A model generated the notes under the pieces. It did no database searches and was not told the origin of the DNA. It worked only from the letters and a program-made list of their open reading frames with translations. 64,000 nucleotides of DNA from positions 23,008,001 to 23,072,000 of the forward strand of contig CP068257.2 in NCBI GenBank assembly GCA_009914755.4, read 5' to 3'. The position numbers and the translations under genes are program-made. This document shows positions 44,518 through 57,238 of the stretch, one piece after another. Numbering within the stretch: position 1 is the stretch's first letter; the number at the start of each line of letters is the position of its first letter. This DNA comes from the human T2T-CHM13v2.0 reference genome, Homo sapiens.

Positions 44518-44818
44518 TTTTTTTTTTTTTTTTTTTGAGACGGAGTCTCACTCTGTCACCCAGGATGTAGTGCAGTGGTGCAATCCTGGCTCCCTGCAAC
44601 CTCTGCCTCCTAGGTTCAAGTGATTCTCCTGCCTCAGCCTCCTGAGTAGCTGGGATTGTAGGCACCTGCCACCACGCCTGACTAATTTTTGTATTTTTAG
44701 TGAAGATGGGGTTTTGCCGTGTTGGCCAGGCTGGCCTTGAACTCCTGACCTCAGGTGATCCACCCACCTGGTCCTCCCAAAGTGCTGGGATTACAGGCGT
44801 GAGCCACTGCAACCAGCC
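44518..44818 (-). mobile_element. Full-length Alu (AluS-like)
   Basis: T19 then gagacggagtctcactctgtcacccaggatgtagtgcagtggtgcaatcctggctccctgcaacc…caggcgtgagccactgcaaccagcc. Confidence 0.9.
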
Positions 44819-45184
44819 AACATTTTTCATGAATATATTAATGAACTAAACTGTAAAGTAAAACTTCCATGGTACACAGGTTGGTTTGGAACTCATCCCT
44901 GCTGCTTCTTTTTCCAGATGTTTCTTCAAAATAGTTATATCACTTGTACTTTCAGTTGGTCATTGAAAACTGCTACATTGTGCTGAATACAGGGAATATT
45001 CAGTGCTCATTTATAAATTTTCACTTAGAAAGTATCATTCATATTACATTAGATAAATTTCTAAATATTGAGAAAACTTGGCTGTTGAGATGTAATTCTT
45101 ATCTATTTGTAAAATTGGATTCTTTCCCAGTATTTATTTCCTTATCTACAGGCATGGTCAACAACAACAAAACACAATCAGATT

Positions 45185-45998
<814 letters not shown>

Positions 45999-46004
45999 AC
46001 ATAT

Positions 46005-46375
46005 GTGATTCAGCCTTAAAAACGAAGACAAATTCTGACACACGTGATAACATGGATGAACGTTGATGACATGCCAAGTGAAATAAACCTGTTAGAAAAG
46101 GACAAACAGTGCATGATTCCACTTGTGTGAGGTTCCTTGAATAGTCAAAATCATAGAAACAGATAGAATGGTGGTTGCCAGAAGCTGGGAGAAGAAATAC
46201 GTGGGCTTAGTGTTTGATGGGTACAGAGTTTCAATTGGGGAAAATGAAAAAGTTCTAGAGGCGGATAGCAGTAATGGTTGTACAACGATGTGCCTGTACA
46301 CAATGTCACAGAACTGTACATTTGAACATTAAAATGGGAAATTTAATTTTATGTATATTTTAACACTGCACATAT
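46005..46375 (+). mobile_element. L1M-like 3' end (ORF2 stop and 3' UTR), the downstream half of the element at 45185
   Basis: …ctgacacacgtgataacatggatgaacgttgatgacatgccaagtgaaataaacctgttagaaaaggacaaacagtgcatgattccacttgtgtgaggttccttgaatagtcaaaatcatagaaacagatagaatggtggttgccagaagctgggagaagaaatacgtgggcttagtgtttgatgggtacagagtttcaattggggaaaatgaaaaagttctagaggcggatagcagtaatggttgtacaacgatgtgcctgtacacaatgtcacagaactgtacatttgaacattaaaatgggaaatttaattttatgtatattttaac matches the L1M 3'-end consensus as recalled (…tggtggttgccaggggctgggg…ggtacagagtttcagtttgg…gatggttgcacaacaatgtgaatgtacttaatgccactgaactgtacacttaaaaatgg…). Confidence 0.6.
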
Positions 46376-48204
46376 ACAGAGACATGGACTCTGTATGACT
46401 TTAATTTACAGTATAATTTCACCCCCTCCAAAACCACAATATTTTTGGTTTTATTCTAATAATCAGTAAAACTATTCAGCAGGCAAATATATTTATTTTT
46501 TCCATGAAGAAAACTATATAGAAGTATAATATGGGAATAATTGTCCTACAAAGTCCCAAAAAGAGGCCATTCGATTGTCCTCTCCTGAAAAGGATTTAAA
46601 TGAGCGTTAGCATCTTTATAAACCAAAGCAATTAGTATCCGTGCGGTTTTGTCCTTTCCTCAATATGTGATTAAAGCTAGATTTATATGCTTTCAGCTGG
46701 CCACATTTCTTAGTCAAATGAAATTTTTCATGTAAATGATTCTCCAACTTGAATTGGACCCACTCAAAAAAAAATTCTTGTCAGAAATGCAAATTGAACA
46801 GCGTCTTAAACAGAAGCACTATCTTGGGAAAAAAAACTCAGAATGTATATTGAAATCTAAATGGCCGCCTCTTTTTACAGATAAGCTCATTCAAATGTCA
46901 TTCAAATGTCTTTCAAAAACTGTTGCTTTATCTGTGAAAAAAGATACCTGTGCTAGCTGGTTAGCACTGGAGTTTTCCTAATGTTTTGCTCTGTCAATAT
47001 TTCCTTATCAACAAATGAACTCATGCGATGGTAGATGCAGAATTGAAATACTGCAGTGATTATGCGTTAACATCTAGTATAGTTTTATTTTTCTAATTTT
47101 AGCTTCAGTAAAGTAACGACACATCTAATTTTTTTAATATTTGACTCAAAATAAAAGGATCTGAGTTCAGGAATTATTGTCCAAAAAAAAAGATTGTCCT
47201 AAAACTAACATGACATAATGGGAACAGCAGTGGCCAGGAAGTAGAGACCTATAGATTCTTTTTCCATAAATGAGCTTTGTGGTCTTGAGACTGGCACCCT
47301 AATATCTCACGACGGCAGTGAAACTTGTTAAATAAGAAGAAACTGAATGGAAGAGTGTAAATTTAATAGCAAGGTTTTCTGGTTTTGGCACTTATTATAA
47401 CACCTTTTAAATATAAGAACTTGGAGGAAGAATCTTAAAGTCTCTCAGCCATTTTATATAATTAGGCAAAGATACACAGTTGAAATAGACAAATCTGACC
47501 CATTTTTTTCACAGGTCAAGACGTTATACACTATTTCTACATCAAATGTTCTAGACAGAACACCCGTTAGGAACAAGCAGGGAGAAACTATTTCTAGGCA
47601 TTTTAAAGGTCCTGGTTTAATCTGTGGAATAAGATAAAGGCCCTAGTTGCACAGTCCAGGAGATGGCCCTAGCCTTGCCAGGGAAACCTTGCAGGTCAGC
47701 ACTAATATTCCCTGAGATGTAATCAGGGTTGGGAATAAGAAATCGCCCTAGTGCCTTACCCAGTTAAATATTACCTGAAGCCCAAGGTTGGAGTTACTGT
47801 TACAATAAACAAGCAAAGAAATAGATAAAGCCGGAGAAAGTGAAAGAAAACAAGTTTAAAGGGATGCGATGATATTTTTTCCTCAGAGAGTTTATTCCCA
47901 TAAAACCTACATTTCCAGGTATGACAAAGTAAATTAAACAGTGAAAAAAATTAAAAAAAAAAAGGTCTTTCTCTAAAACTTTGTGGCAAAGCTATAAAAC
48001 AACTTTAGGCTTAAGATTTCTTGCAGCTAAACCTGATGAGAGAGAGACATCGGTCAAGGTGAACACTCTTATTCTGTCTCCACTGGGAATCTGAGTGAGA
48101 TAGTCAACTCATCAGGATAAAAATCAGCAACCAGCAATAGGATGGGATGATTTTATAAAAAGCTTAGTTCGTTAAGGAAAGCAAACACATTTCTTGCTGT
48201 TATT

Positions 48205-49490
48205 TTCTTCTTGTTTTAAATTATTATACTTTAAGTTCTGGGGTACGTGTGCAGAACGTGCAGGTTTGTTACATAGGTATACGCGTGCCATGGTAATTTG
48301 CTGCAACCATCAACCCGCCACCTACATTACGTATTTCTCCTAGTGCTATCCCTCCCCTTGCCCCCAACCCCCAGACAGGCCCCAGTGTGTGATGTTCCCC
48401 TCCCTGTGCCCATATGTTCTCATTGTTCAACTCCCACTTATGAGTGAGAACACGCGGTGTTTGGTTTTCTGTTCCTATATCAGTTTGCTGAAAATGATGG
48501 TTTCCAGCTTCAACTATGTCCCTGCAAAGGACATGAACTCATTCTTTTCTATGGCTGCATAGTATTCCATGGTATATATGTGCCACATTTTCTTTATCCA
48601 GTCTATCATTGATGGGCATTTGGGTTTGCTCCCAGTCTTTGCGATTGTAAATAGTGCTGCAATAAACATATGTGTGCATGTGTCTTTATAGTAGAATGAT
48701 TTATAATCCTTTGGGTATATACCTAGTAATGGGATTGCTGGGTCAAATGGTATTTCTGGTTCTGGATCTTGAGGAATCACCACACTGTCTTCCACAATGG
48801 TTGAACTAGTTTACAGTCCCACCAACAGTGTAAAAGTGTGCCTATTTCTCCACATCCTCTCCAGCGTCTGTTGTTTCCTGACTTTTTGATGATTGCCATT
48901 CTAACTGGCGTGAGATGTTATGTCATTTTGGTTTTGATTTGCATTTCTCAAATGACCAATGATGATGAGCTTTTTTCATGTTTGTTGGCCACATAAATGT
49001 CTTGTTTTGAAAAATGTCTGCTTAGATCCTTCACCTAATTTTTGATGGGGTTGTTTGTTTCTTTCTTGTAAATTTGTTTAAGTTCCTTGTAGATTCTGGA
49101 TATTAGTACTTTGTCAGATGGATACATTGCAAAAATTTTCTCCCATTCTGTAAGTGGCCTGGTCACTCTGATGCTAGTTTCTTTTGCTGTGCAGAAGCTC
49201 TTTACTTCAATTAGATCCCATTTGTCAATTTTGGCTTTTGTTGCCATTGCTTTTGGTGTTTTAGTCATGAAGTCTTTGCCCATGCCTATGTCCTGAATGG
49301 TATTGCCTAGGTTTTCTTCTAGGGTTTTTATGGTTTTAGGTCTCACGTTTAAGTCTTTAATCCATCTTCAGTTAATCTTTGTATAAGGTGCAAGGAAGGG
49401 ATCCAGTTTCAGTTTTCTGTATATGGCTAACCCGTTTTCCCAATAGTATTTATTAAATAGGGAATCCTATCCCCATTGCTTGTGCAAAAT
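48205..49490 (-). mobile_element. L1PA-like 3' portion (ORF2 C-terminal ~1 kb plus 3' UTR), antisense
   Basis: The sequence from ttattatactttaagttctggggtacgtgtgcagaacgtgcaggtttgttacataggtatacgcgtgccatgg…tatggctgcatagtattccatggtatatatgtgccacattttctttatccagtctatcattgatgggcatttggg… to …ccaatagtatttattaaatagggaatcctatccccattgcttgtgc is the antisense of L1 ORF2 from about KQWG..DSLFNKWCW to the stop, plus the 3' UTR. The supplied minus-strand ORFs 48514..48795 and 49035..49346 are L1 ORF2 remnants. Confidence 0.9.
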
Positions 49491-49492
49491 TA

Positions 49493-49950
49493 CCAGCCAG
49501 CATCATAATGACAGGATCAAATTCATACATAACACTATTAACCTTAAATGTAAATAGTCTAAATGCCTCAGTTAAAATATACAGACTGACAAATTGGATA
49601 AAGAGTCAAGACCCATTGGTGTGCTGAATTCAGGAGACCCATCTCACGTGCAAAGACACATGGAGAAATATTTACCAAGCAAATGGAGAGCAAAAACATA
49701 ACAAAAAAAGAGAGCAGTTGCAATCCTAGTCTTTGATAAAACAGGCTTTAAACCAACAAAGATCAAAAGAGACAAGGAAGACCATTACATAATGGTAAAG
49801 GGATCAATGCAAGAAGAAGAGCTAACTATCCTAAATATAGATGCACCCATTACAGGAGCACCCAGATTCATCAAGCAAGTTCTTAGAAACCTACAAAGAG
49901 AGTTAGACTCCCACACAATAATAGTGGGAGACTTTGATACCCACTGTCAA
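49493..49950 (+). mobile_element. L1 ORF1-end/ORF2 N-terminal (endonuclease-domain) fragment, sense, directly abutting the antisense L1 above
   Basis: aaaattaccagccagcatcataatgacaggatcaaattcatacataacactattaaccttaaatgtaaatagtctaaatgcctcagttaaaatatacagactgacaaattggataaagagtcaagacccattggtgtgctgaattcaggagacccatctcacgtgcaaagacacat… translates as MTGSNSYITLLTLNVNSLNAPVKRYRLTNWIKSQDPLVCCIQETHLTCKDTH…KEDHYIMVKGSMQEEELTILNIDAPITGAPRFIKQVLRNLQRELDSHTIIVGDFDT, which is the L1 ORF2 N-terminus. Confidence 0.8.
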
Positions 49951-50861
49951 TATTAGATCAATTTGCTGTTATTGTCTATCTTTGCTACCACTGGGCAATT
50001 TTCTTTTTTTCAGAAATAGAAATTAGAAAGCAGTAACTCTTTCCACAGAGATTATGCTCAGTTCTAGGTCATGTGTCTTTTGACCCTTTTGCCTAACATA
50101 AGAAGTCTGTTTTAATGCACTGGAGATCAAGTTTTCACAAAACAACATTGTGATTTCACAAATGCTTTACTAGAAAGCTAAAAATGAAGCAGTGTGATGG
50201 TATTTTATTTTAGATCAATTCATGCAAGCATAACCTTACATGGTAGACTAAAGCTTCATGAAGTCTAGTTTGATTTCTATAACCTGGATATTTAGAGCTG
50301 CTGATTTATGAAGACTAGTTAGAAACCTGAATTTTAGTTATTTTCCCCTCAGGCATTTTGTGATGTACTTGTTTCATGCAGTTGACGTTCCTTGCTTTGA
50401 GAAGCACAGAAATAAATACCAATCAGTCAAACAGATAACCCTGGAAAAATGATATAGATATTTCTCACACAGAGAACAGTGGCAATTGGGTTTCTGCCCA
50501 TTACTGTGTCACAGGTTTTCTGAAATGACTTCCTATGCTGCTCTCCCACCAATGACATTTATAATGGTCTCTATTCTTTCTGAAGGAAGACGCCTGGAGG
50601 ATGTGAGTCCTTTGATTCGAAGAAGCTCACAGTACTCTGTAAGATTCTAATTATAAATACAAAACATTAAAATGTTTTGCCCATTATTTTCCACTATTTT
50701 CACTCCTGTTTATTGAAAACTAATGAGATAATGCGTTTTCAAAGCACACTTAAATTATTGAACTTTAAAATACAGTAACCAAATTATCATACTCCTAAAG
50801 CAATTTTCAATCTTTTTAAAGTATAAAATAGTACCTGAAAAGAGCATAACACTTTTTTAAA

Positions 50862-50950
50862 TTTAATTTTTATTTATAATTAGCACACGGTATTGTACAT
50901 ATTCATAGGGTACAATATGATGGTTCAATGCATGTATAGATAGTGTAATG
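50862..50950 (-). mobile_element. Terminal ~90 bp of an older L1 (L1MA/L1PB-like) 3' UTR, antisense
   Basis: ttaatttttatttataattagcacacggtattgtacatattcatagggtacaatatgatggttcaatgcatgtatagatagtgtaatgg resembles the reverse complement of the older-L1 3' terminus (…caattttatttgtcaatt…). Family recall only. Confidence 0.45.
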
Positions 50951-51300
50951 GAATCCAGCCATTCTATTACTGGGTATATCCAAAGGAAATGAAATTGGTA
51001 GGTCTAGCAGACATCTGCACACCCATGTTTATTGCAGCACAATTCACAATAACCCATATATTGTATAAACCTAAATGCCCATCTAATGATGAATGGATTA
51101 AGAAAATGTCATACATATACACAATGAAATACGATTCATCTACAAAATAGATTGAAATCCTGTCATTTGCAGCAACATGGGTAAATCTGGAGGACACGAA
51201 ATAAGCCAGGCACAAAAAGACAAACACTGTATCATCTCACTCATATGTTGAATATAACCTGTTACTTCTTAGGCAATAAATAAATGGAGATTTTTTTTTT
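50950..51300 (+). mobile_element. L1 ORF2 C-terminal fragment (older subfamily), sense
   Basis: aatccagccattctattactgggtatatccaaaggaaatgaaattggtaggtctagcagacatctgcacacccatgtttattgcagcacaattcacaataacccatatattgtataaacctaaatgcccatctaatgatgaatggattaagaaaatgtcatacatatacacaatgaaatacgattcatctacaaaatagattgaaatcctgtcatttgcagcaacatgggtaaatctggaggac… translates as PAILLLGI.PKEMK…DICTPMFIAAQFTI…KMSYIYTMKYDSSTK…ILSFAATWVNLEDT…, corresponding to L1 ORF2 …PAIPLLGIYPKEMKS..RDICTPMFIAALFTIAK…KMWYIYTMEYYSA.KK.EILSFATTWMNLEDIMLSEIS…. Confidence 0.75.
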
Positions 51301-51523
51301 TTACTTACAGCTTTGATAGAGCATCAATGTTGAGCCATTGAAAAATCTGATGGAGCAGAAAGTTTAATACTAAATCTAACCTCTGGCAGATATTTAGGAC
51401 AAAACACCCAGGGTTCTCGAGTTACTTTGGTCTCATAGTGGAATTATAGAGATTATTCTACGTTCTTGAAAAAGGGATTTCAGATGTCATTTTTCCTTTC
51501 TTTGTCTGATATAGAAAGTTATA

Positions 51524-51834
<311 letters not shown>

Positions 51835-53990
51835 TTATATAGGTGGCTAAACTGTCTCATCCTGCTCAACTTATTGATTAAATCCTCCTCATCCTGATTT
51901 TATACTTCAGCTGTCAGTCAAGTTGGGAATCACATGGTTATTCTTTCACTCTACCATGCTCATGATGACTATGTGATTACTGGGTCATTTTGTCAGGGAA
52001 ATTACAATCAGTAAGGGACAAGGATTCATCTTAAATAAACTCTTACATTATTATTTCAGATATTGGTAATAAGCATTTTAAATCTGGTCATTTTGTGTTT
52101 GTGTGTGTACCATCCCCTAATATAATAGATTTCTATTCTAATTATATAGTTAGGTATAATTTTGACAGTGTTCACCATAAAAATATATTTTTAGGTATTT
52201 TTAACTAAAATATTTATATGAATACTGTTACAGCTGGAGGAATCAGGGATAAATCACTTAAATTCTACAAGAAATATATAGGCTTAAAGAATAGAAAGTG
52301 GGGATAATGAAGACTACTTCGTGGCTCCTTCCAACTCCAAACAAATGTTTATAAATACATTATCATAATATATTATAAACATCATATATGACATTATAAA
52401 TAAAATGCACATTAAATAAACATATATATACAGTATACAATACATAATAAAACACAAAATTATGTGTGTCATATATATTTATAATTCTTGATAGGACTGT
52501 GAATTTTGAGGAGCTAAATTAGTGAGTTGAGGATTGTAGGCTATGAAAGGACCCACTCTACGCAGAATAACAAAACATACATTTGAGAGGCCTTGAAAAT
52601 GTTTAATTTTTATGGAATGATATTATAGTGGATTGCTCAGACTCAGAAACTGATGTGATGGGAACTTGCCCAATTATATCTAAAAAGGATAAAGAAAATT
52701 AAAGGACAAGTGTAAGACCTCTAGAAGAGATATTTTATAGTCTTCTTATGGCAGAAGTGGTATTAAATGCCAAAGAATGACTGATCTTTTGAAACTTTTG
52801 TCATTTTTTACAATTATCACTTTTAAATAAAAATTTTATAACAAAACATTTTGAACTTGACTTTGAGGAAGACAAAGTTTGTCAAAAGGCCATATATTTT
52901 GCAATTTATTTTCAATCCATGACATAAAAACATAAAACAACTACTGTGATATTAAGTAAATTTAAGGAGAATCTTGGTGATTGTAGGTGAATATGATTCA
53001 AAATATTTAAGCCACATGTCTTCAAAAGATTATAAAATAAAAGATTTAATAAATTAATAAAGTATTAAGTAAATCAAATTCAAACAAGAACATGATTTCA
53101 GTTTTTTTCTGTAATAAGACAAATTAGAATTGATTAGTGTATTTTGTTGGATGTTTATTTAGCAGGTATCAGAGTATTGGAGGAGAACTAATATCACCCA
53201 GTCCCCAAATAAATATTTTTCTATACTAAGTGTGAGATTAGCTTATCTCTCTGTTACTAATGGAATAGATAACTAGAGGTTCCTATTTCATCAAGCATGT
53301 GTAAGAAAGAGAAATCAGAAAAATAAATTCTCCAATGTTTTTATTACTGAAGTAAAACAAGTTTATATTTAACAACAGCATAATCACAGCAGAAACTATG
53401 CCAAATGCATTTTACTTTGGACACATTGTAATTTTCTATATCCTCACTGGATGAAATCATACTCATCGTTGCTTTTTTGAAACCCCATATGTTGAACTTG
53501 CATATGATGATTCAATATTGAACACACATTTCTTCATAATATATAAATATGATTTCAATATTTTGAAGAAAACACATTTTTTTATTATTTGCATTTGTCC
53601 AATGAGCTGGATACTTGGCATTTGACAAATGTGAAAACTCTATTAAGAAAAGGTAGTAAGCGTGTGTGCCAACAACACACAAAATTATTTATTTAGAACT
53701 GAATATATGTTAGTCACTGTACCAAATACTTTATGGTTTCTCATTAATCTTCAGGCAATTACATGGTGTACTGCAAAACCCATTCTGCTCAACTAGCACT
53801 AACAAACTTGAATTCAGATTAACTATGAGACTAAGCACATCAACACAATAGGCTTATCCCACCACCATATTTGCTTAGACTCATGAGAGATATAGGTCAG
53901 TCAAGAACACAGCAGAGTAAGAGCTCAGGATTTACGAATCCAGTTTCAGATTCCCCAGTCACTCCTAATTTGGGATCTGTGTGATCACCA

Positions 53991-54041
53991 GAAAATTGTG
54001 CACGTGTACCCTAAAACTTAAAGTATAATAATAAAAAAAAA
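53991..54041 (+). mobile_element. Extreme 3' tip of an L1 (~40 nt plus A9), maximally 5'-truncated insertion
   Basis: gaaaattgtgcacgtgtaccctaaaacttaaagtataataataaaaaaaaa is the L1PA 3'-UTR terminal motif (…ctgcacattgtgcacatgtaccctaaaacttaaagtataataa(a)n). Confidence 0.6.
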
Positions 54042-55685
54042 GTAGCCAGAATGGGCATGGGTGAAATAGAGTAGTCATCCTTTCTAAGACTTTGCTGCTT
54101 TCAAAAATACCTAATCACTTAGTTCTCCCACTGGTACCAGGCCAGTTCTTATTTTCTAGGGCAGGTGCAGCTCAACAATAGAATCTTGCAATGAAGTGCT
54201 GGTATTTGATCCTAAACATAGTAGCATAAGCTGGATTCTTATTTATTTTGGGTCAGATATGATGATGTTCTTATAGAATACATTCTGTAAATAAAAATAT
54301 AATAATATGCAATGCAGATGTTACAGAAATATTAAAGCAGTGTTTAGCTTACCAAATATCAGTAAATATCATTTTGTCAACCATGACAAGAAAAACAGCC
54401 TTTTCCAGGTACCCTAAAGGAAGATAGCAAGTATATATTGCAGTCCTTCCAATGCAAAAGGAAATTAAGTTTCTTCCTCCAAACATAGGAATGGGAATAG
54501 AAAGCATGAATCAAGTTGTTTTAATCACCTCGTATTGGAACTGTTGCGGAGTGGGGCTCCTACCCTGGGGTTTTGGTGAGAGCAGAACACATGACCACAT
54601 AACTCTGGACAGGTAGGTTGACAGCAGTTTATTAGGCACTAATAACTCACAGCCTTCTGGAGGAGGATGCCACATGCATGCAGGGCCACAGAGGACTTGT
54701 GCCCAGGAATAGAATAACAACCAGGGGTTGTGAGAGGCAGGCTTTGCAGAATCAAGAGACTGAGATTTCCTCTGGTTTCTGCAGGAGAATGTGAAGAGCT
54801 TGCTTTAGTGACACTGTGGGCTGACAGGGAGCCAAAAACTGCTACTTGGCAATAAGCTGGAACTGTGCCTGATTGCCCTGGTGAGGAGAGTCGTTTGGCT
54901 AGAAGACCTTATCCATGGAAGCAGAGTGGAGAGGGAAACTTGTGGTTAAGCTATCCTAGGCCCTTCCAATTTTACCAGATGTCAACACAGCACATGTATT
55001 GAGCTTTCCTTTTAGGCCATACGTCACACAAGTTTATGATGGCACATCTGTCCCATAATCCCACTGGACATCATAAACAGCTCTCACCATAAGTGGCACA
55101 ACAGAGGCTATTGGTGGAACCAGATTATTCAAGTCATAATAATCAAGTTAGCATCCAGGATCCATCTGCTTTTCTCGTAAGCGAAGCATGGTTGCTGGCA
55201 ATTAATTTTCCTCATTGAATCATTAGTTTTATTAATAATGTTTGATATTTGTTATGGAAGAGATTTGGGGGTATTCTATAGCTTTCTATTACACATGATC
55301 AATTAAAATTGGCAAAAGACATAAGTATTCACTGTCTAACCATAGGTCAGCTATAGCAAAATCCTCTATTCTGATATCTATTTCAATTATGAATCTATGT
55401 ACAGATATTTTTCTGATTTTCTAAATTTTCCTTTCATCGTAGCTATTACTTTCTACCACACAATTACCACACCTTGCATTTTGACTTTCAGCCCTCTATT
55501 AGTACTTCATGTCCTTCTACAGACATTGCAGGTCATCATGTCCCAGTTTCTGATTCTCCCATCAGGCTGTATTACCTTCCTTATACCATTCAGTTGCATT
55601 CGTTTTAGAAGCTTTGGCTCCTCTGCTGAAAATCAGCAATTATATTCTCCAACTTCTGCTTAAAATATATATATATTTATATATT

Positions 55686-55795
55686 TTAATTGTCAAATAA
55701 AAATTGTGTGTCTTTATGGTATACAGCATGATGTTTTGATATATGTATACATTGTGGAATGGTTAAATCCAACTTCTATTTTTAACATGATCTCC
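55686..55795 (-). mobile_element. Older L1 3' UTR terminal fragment, antisense
   Basis: ttaattgtcaaataaaaattgtgtgtctttatggtatacagcatgatgttttgatatatgtatacattgtggaatggttaaatccaacttctatttttaac corresponds to the reverse complement of the older L1 3' terminus. Confidence 0.5.
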
Positions 55796-56930
55796 AGAAA
55801 TTTTCAACAGAACTTTCCCTACAACTAACCAAGAATAATTTATTTAATATCCTTGCATCACAATTTTGTCCGAACTGCTCTCTCCAAGCTTTCTCTTATG
55901 CAAAATTGCCTTTGACATATTGATATGAGGATGTGGCGGTCACTCCTGCTTCTAACACCCCTGTGCAATAGGCTCTTCACTCTACAAGCATCAGTGGTCT
56001 TTAGTTAAAACTGACAAACTAAACAAAACATGCTTCATCTAGTATCAATTTTTTTATTTATTTATCTTATGAAAGCATGTAGACTAGGAAGAAAAATGCG
56101 CTATCCATAACAACAGTGTATTGTAATTTCTGTAATTTTCAAACAAAGTTTCCAAATGTTCCCAAATTACTAAGGTTGGGACACACATCATCAAGAGGGA
56201 AACTGAGTGGGCTCCCAGAGATCAACACAGAGAACTCAAGAGACATTTTGGTTTTTGAACCTCACTAGTTATGAAGTCTTTCAGGAATACTGACTATCTC
56301 CTATTTTCTGATGCAGATGTATATTATTAATATGAGTGATATATCATCTGATTAATACAATTTGCAACAATGAGCACATGTTTATAGTAACCTAGACCAG
56401 ATTCTTACTTATCTTAGATCCCTTAATTAAGAGTTGAAAGAAATGTGTTATCAAGGACCTAATTTTTAGGCATCGCTAAGAAGAAACATAAAAGTATCAG
56501 AAATATTTGTTAGTCACTTCCCTCCTATAATTTGTTTGGCAGTTTTTAATCTTATTTTTGTTGCTTAAGAATTTCCTAAAATAAAATTAAATATACATAT
56601 ATGTTTTCCCTGAATAATTCTGTCTGAAACTCAATAAAATCTTTCAATCTGCTATTCAAATCTATTATTCACCCAAAAACCAATCAGAAAACACATCTGG
56701 TACTTTTTTGTACTCATTGCCTCTTCCCATCTGACTTATTTTCTTTCTTGATCTTTCAATACTCACATATTAGATCTATAATACCACTTGTTTTCCAATT
56801 ATTTCCTCTACACCATTGCCTCTTTTTGTATTTTTACTTCAAATTATTTCTTTTGTTTGGTTTTCATCTCTTTATTCAGATCTCAACACTGGCCATTTCC
56901 TTAGTTCATCTACAAAAATCTCCTTCCATG

Positions 56931-57238
56931 ATTTATTTATTTATTTATTTATTTTTAGAGCTGGAGCCTTGCTCTGTTGCCCAGGCTGGGGTATAATAGT
57001 GTGATCTCGGCTCACTGCAACCTCCACTTCTGGGGTTCAAGCAATTCTCCCGCCTCAGCTTCCCAAGTAGCTAGGACTGCAGGCGCACACCACCACATCT
57101 GGCTAATTTTTGTACTTTTAGTAGAGATGGGGTTTTAACCATGTTGGCCAGGCTGGTCTCAAGCTCCTGACCTCGTGATCCACCCACTTCAGCCTCCCAA
57201 AGTGCTGGGAGTACAGCTGTGAGCCACTGCACCTGGCC
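56931..57238 (-). mobile_element. Full-length Alu (AluS-like) with TSD
   Basis: (ATTT)n-type tail then agagctggagccttgctctgttgcccaggctggggtataatagtgtgatctcggctcactgcaacctccacttctggggttcaagcaattctcccgcctcagc…gtgctgggagtacagctgtgagccactgcacctggcc. The flanks ttccatgatttatt / tttcatgatttatt form the TSD. Confidence 0.9.

Noticed and set aside
44396-44830. 144-aa minus-strand ORF, the longest in the supplied track
   Set aside because: It reads through the antisense strand of the Alu at 44518-44818 (…[23 protein letters not shown]… is the standard Alu-antisense translation). It is not a gene.
48205-49950. Interpreting the 48.2-49.95 kb L1 pair as a second clean twin-priming event
   Set aside because: L1 coordinates do not meet at the junction: the direct segment starts at about 4.75 kb while the inverted segment ends at about 2.4 kb. 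It is kept as an atypical arrangement.
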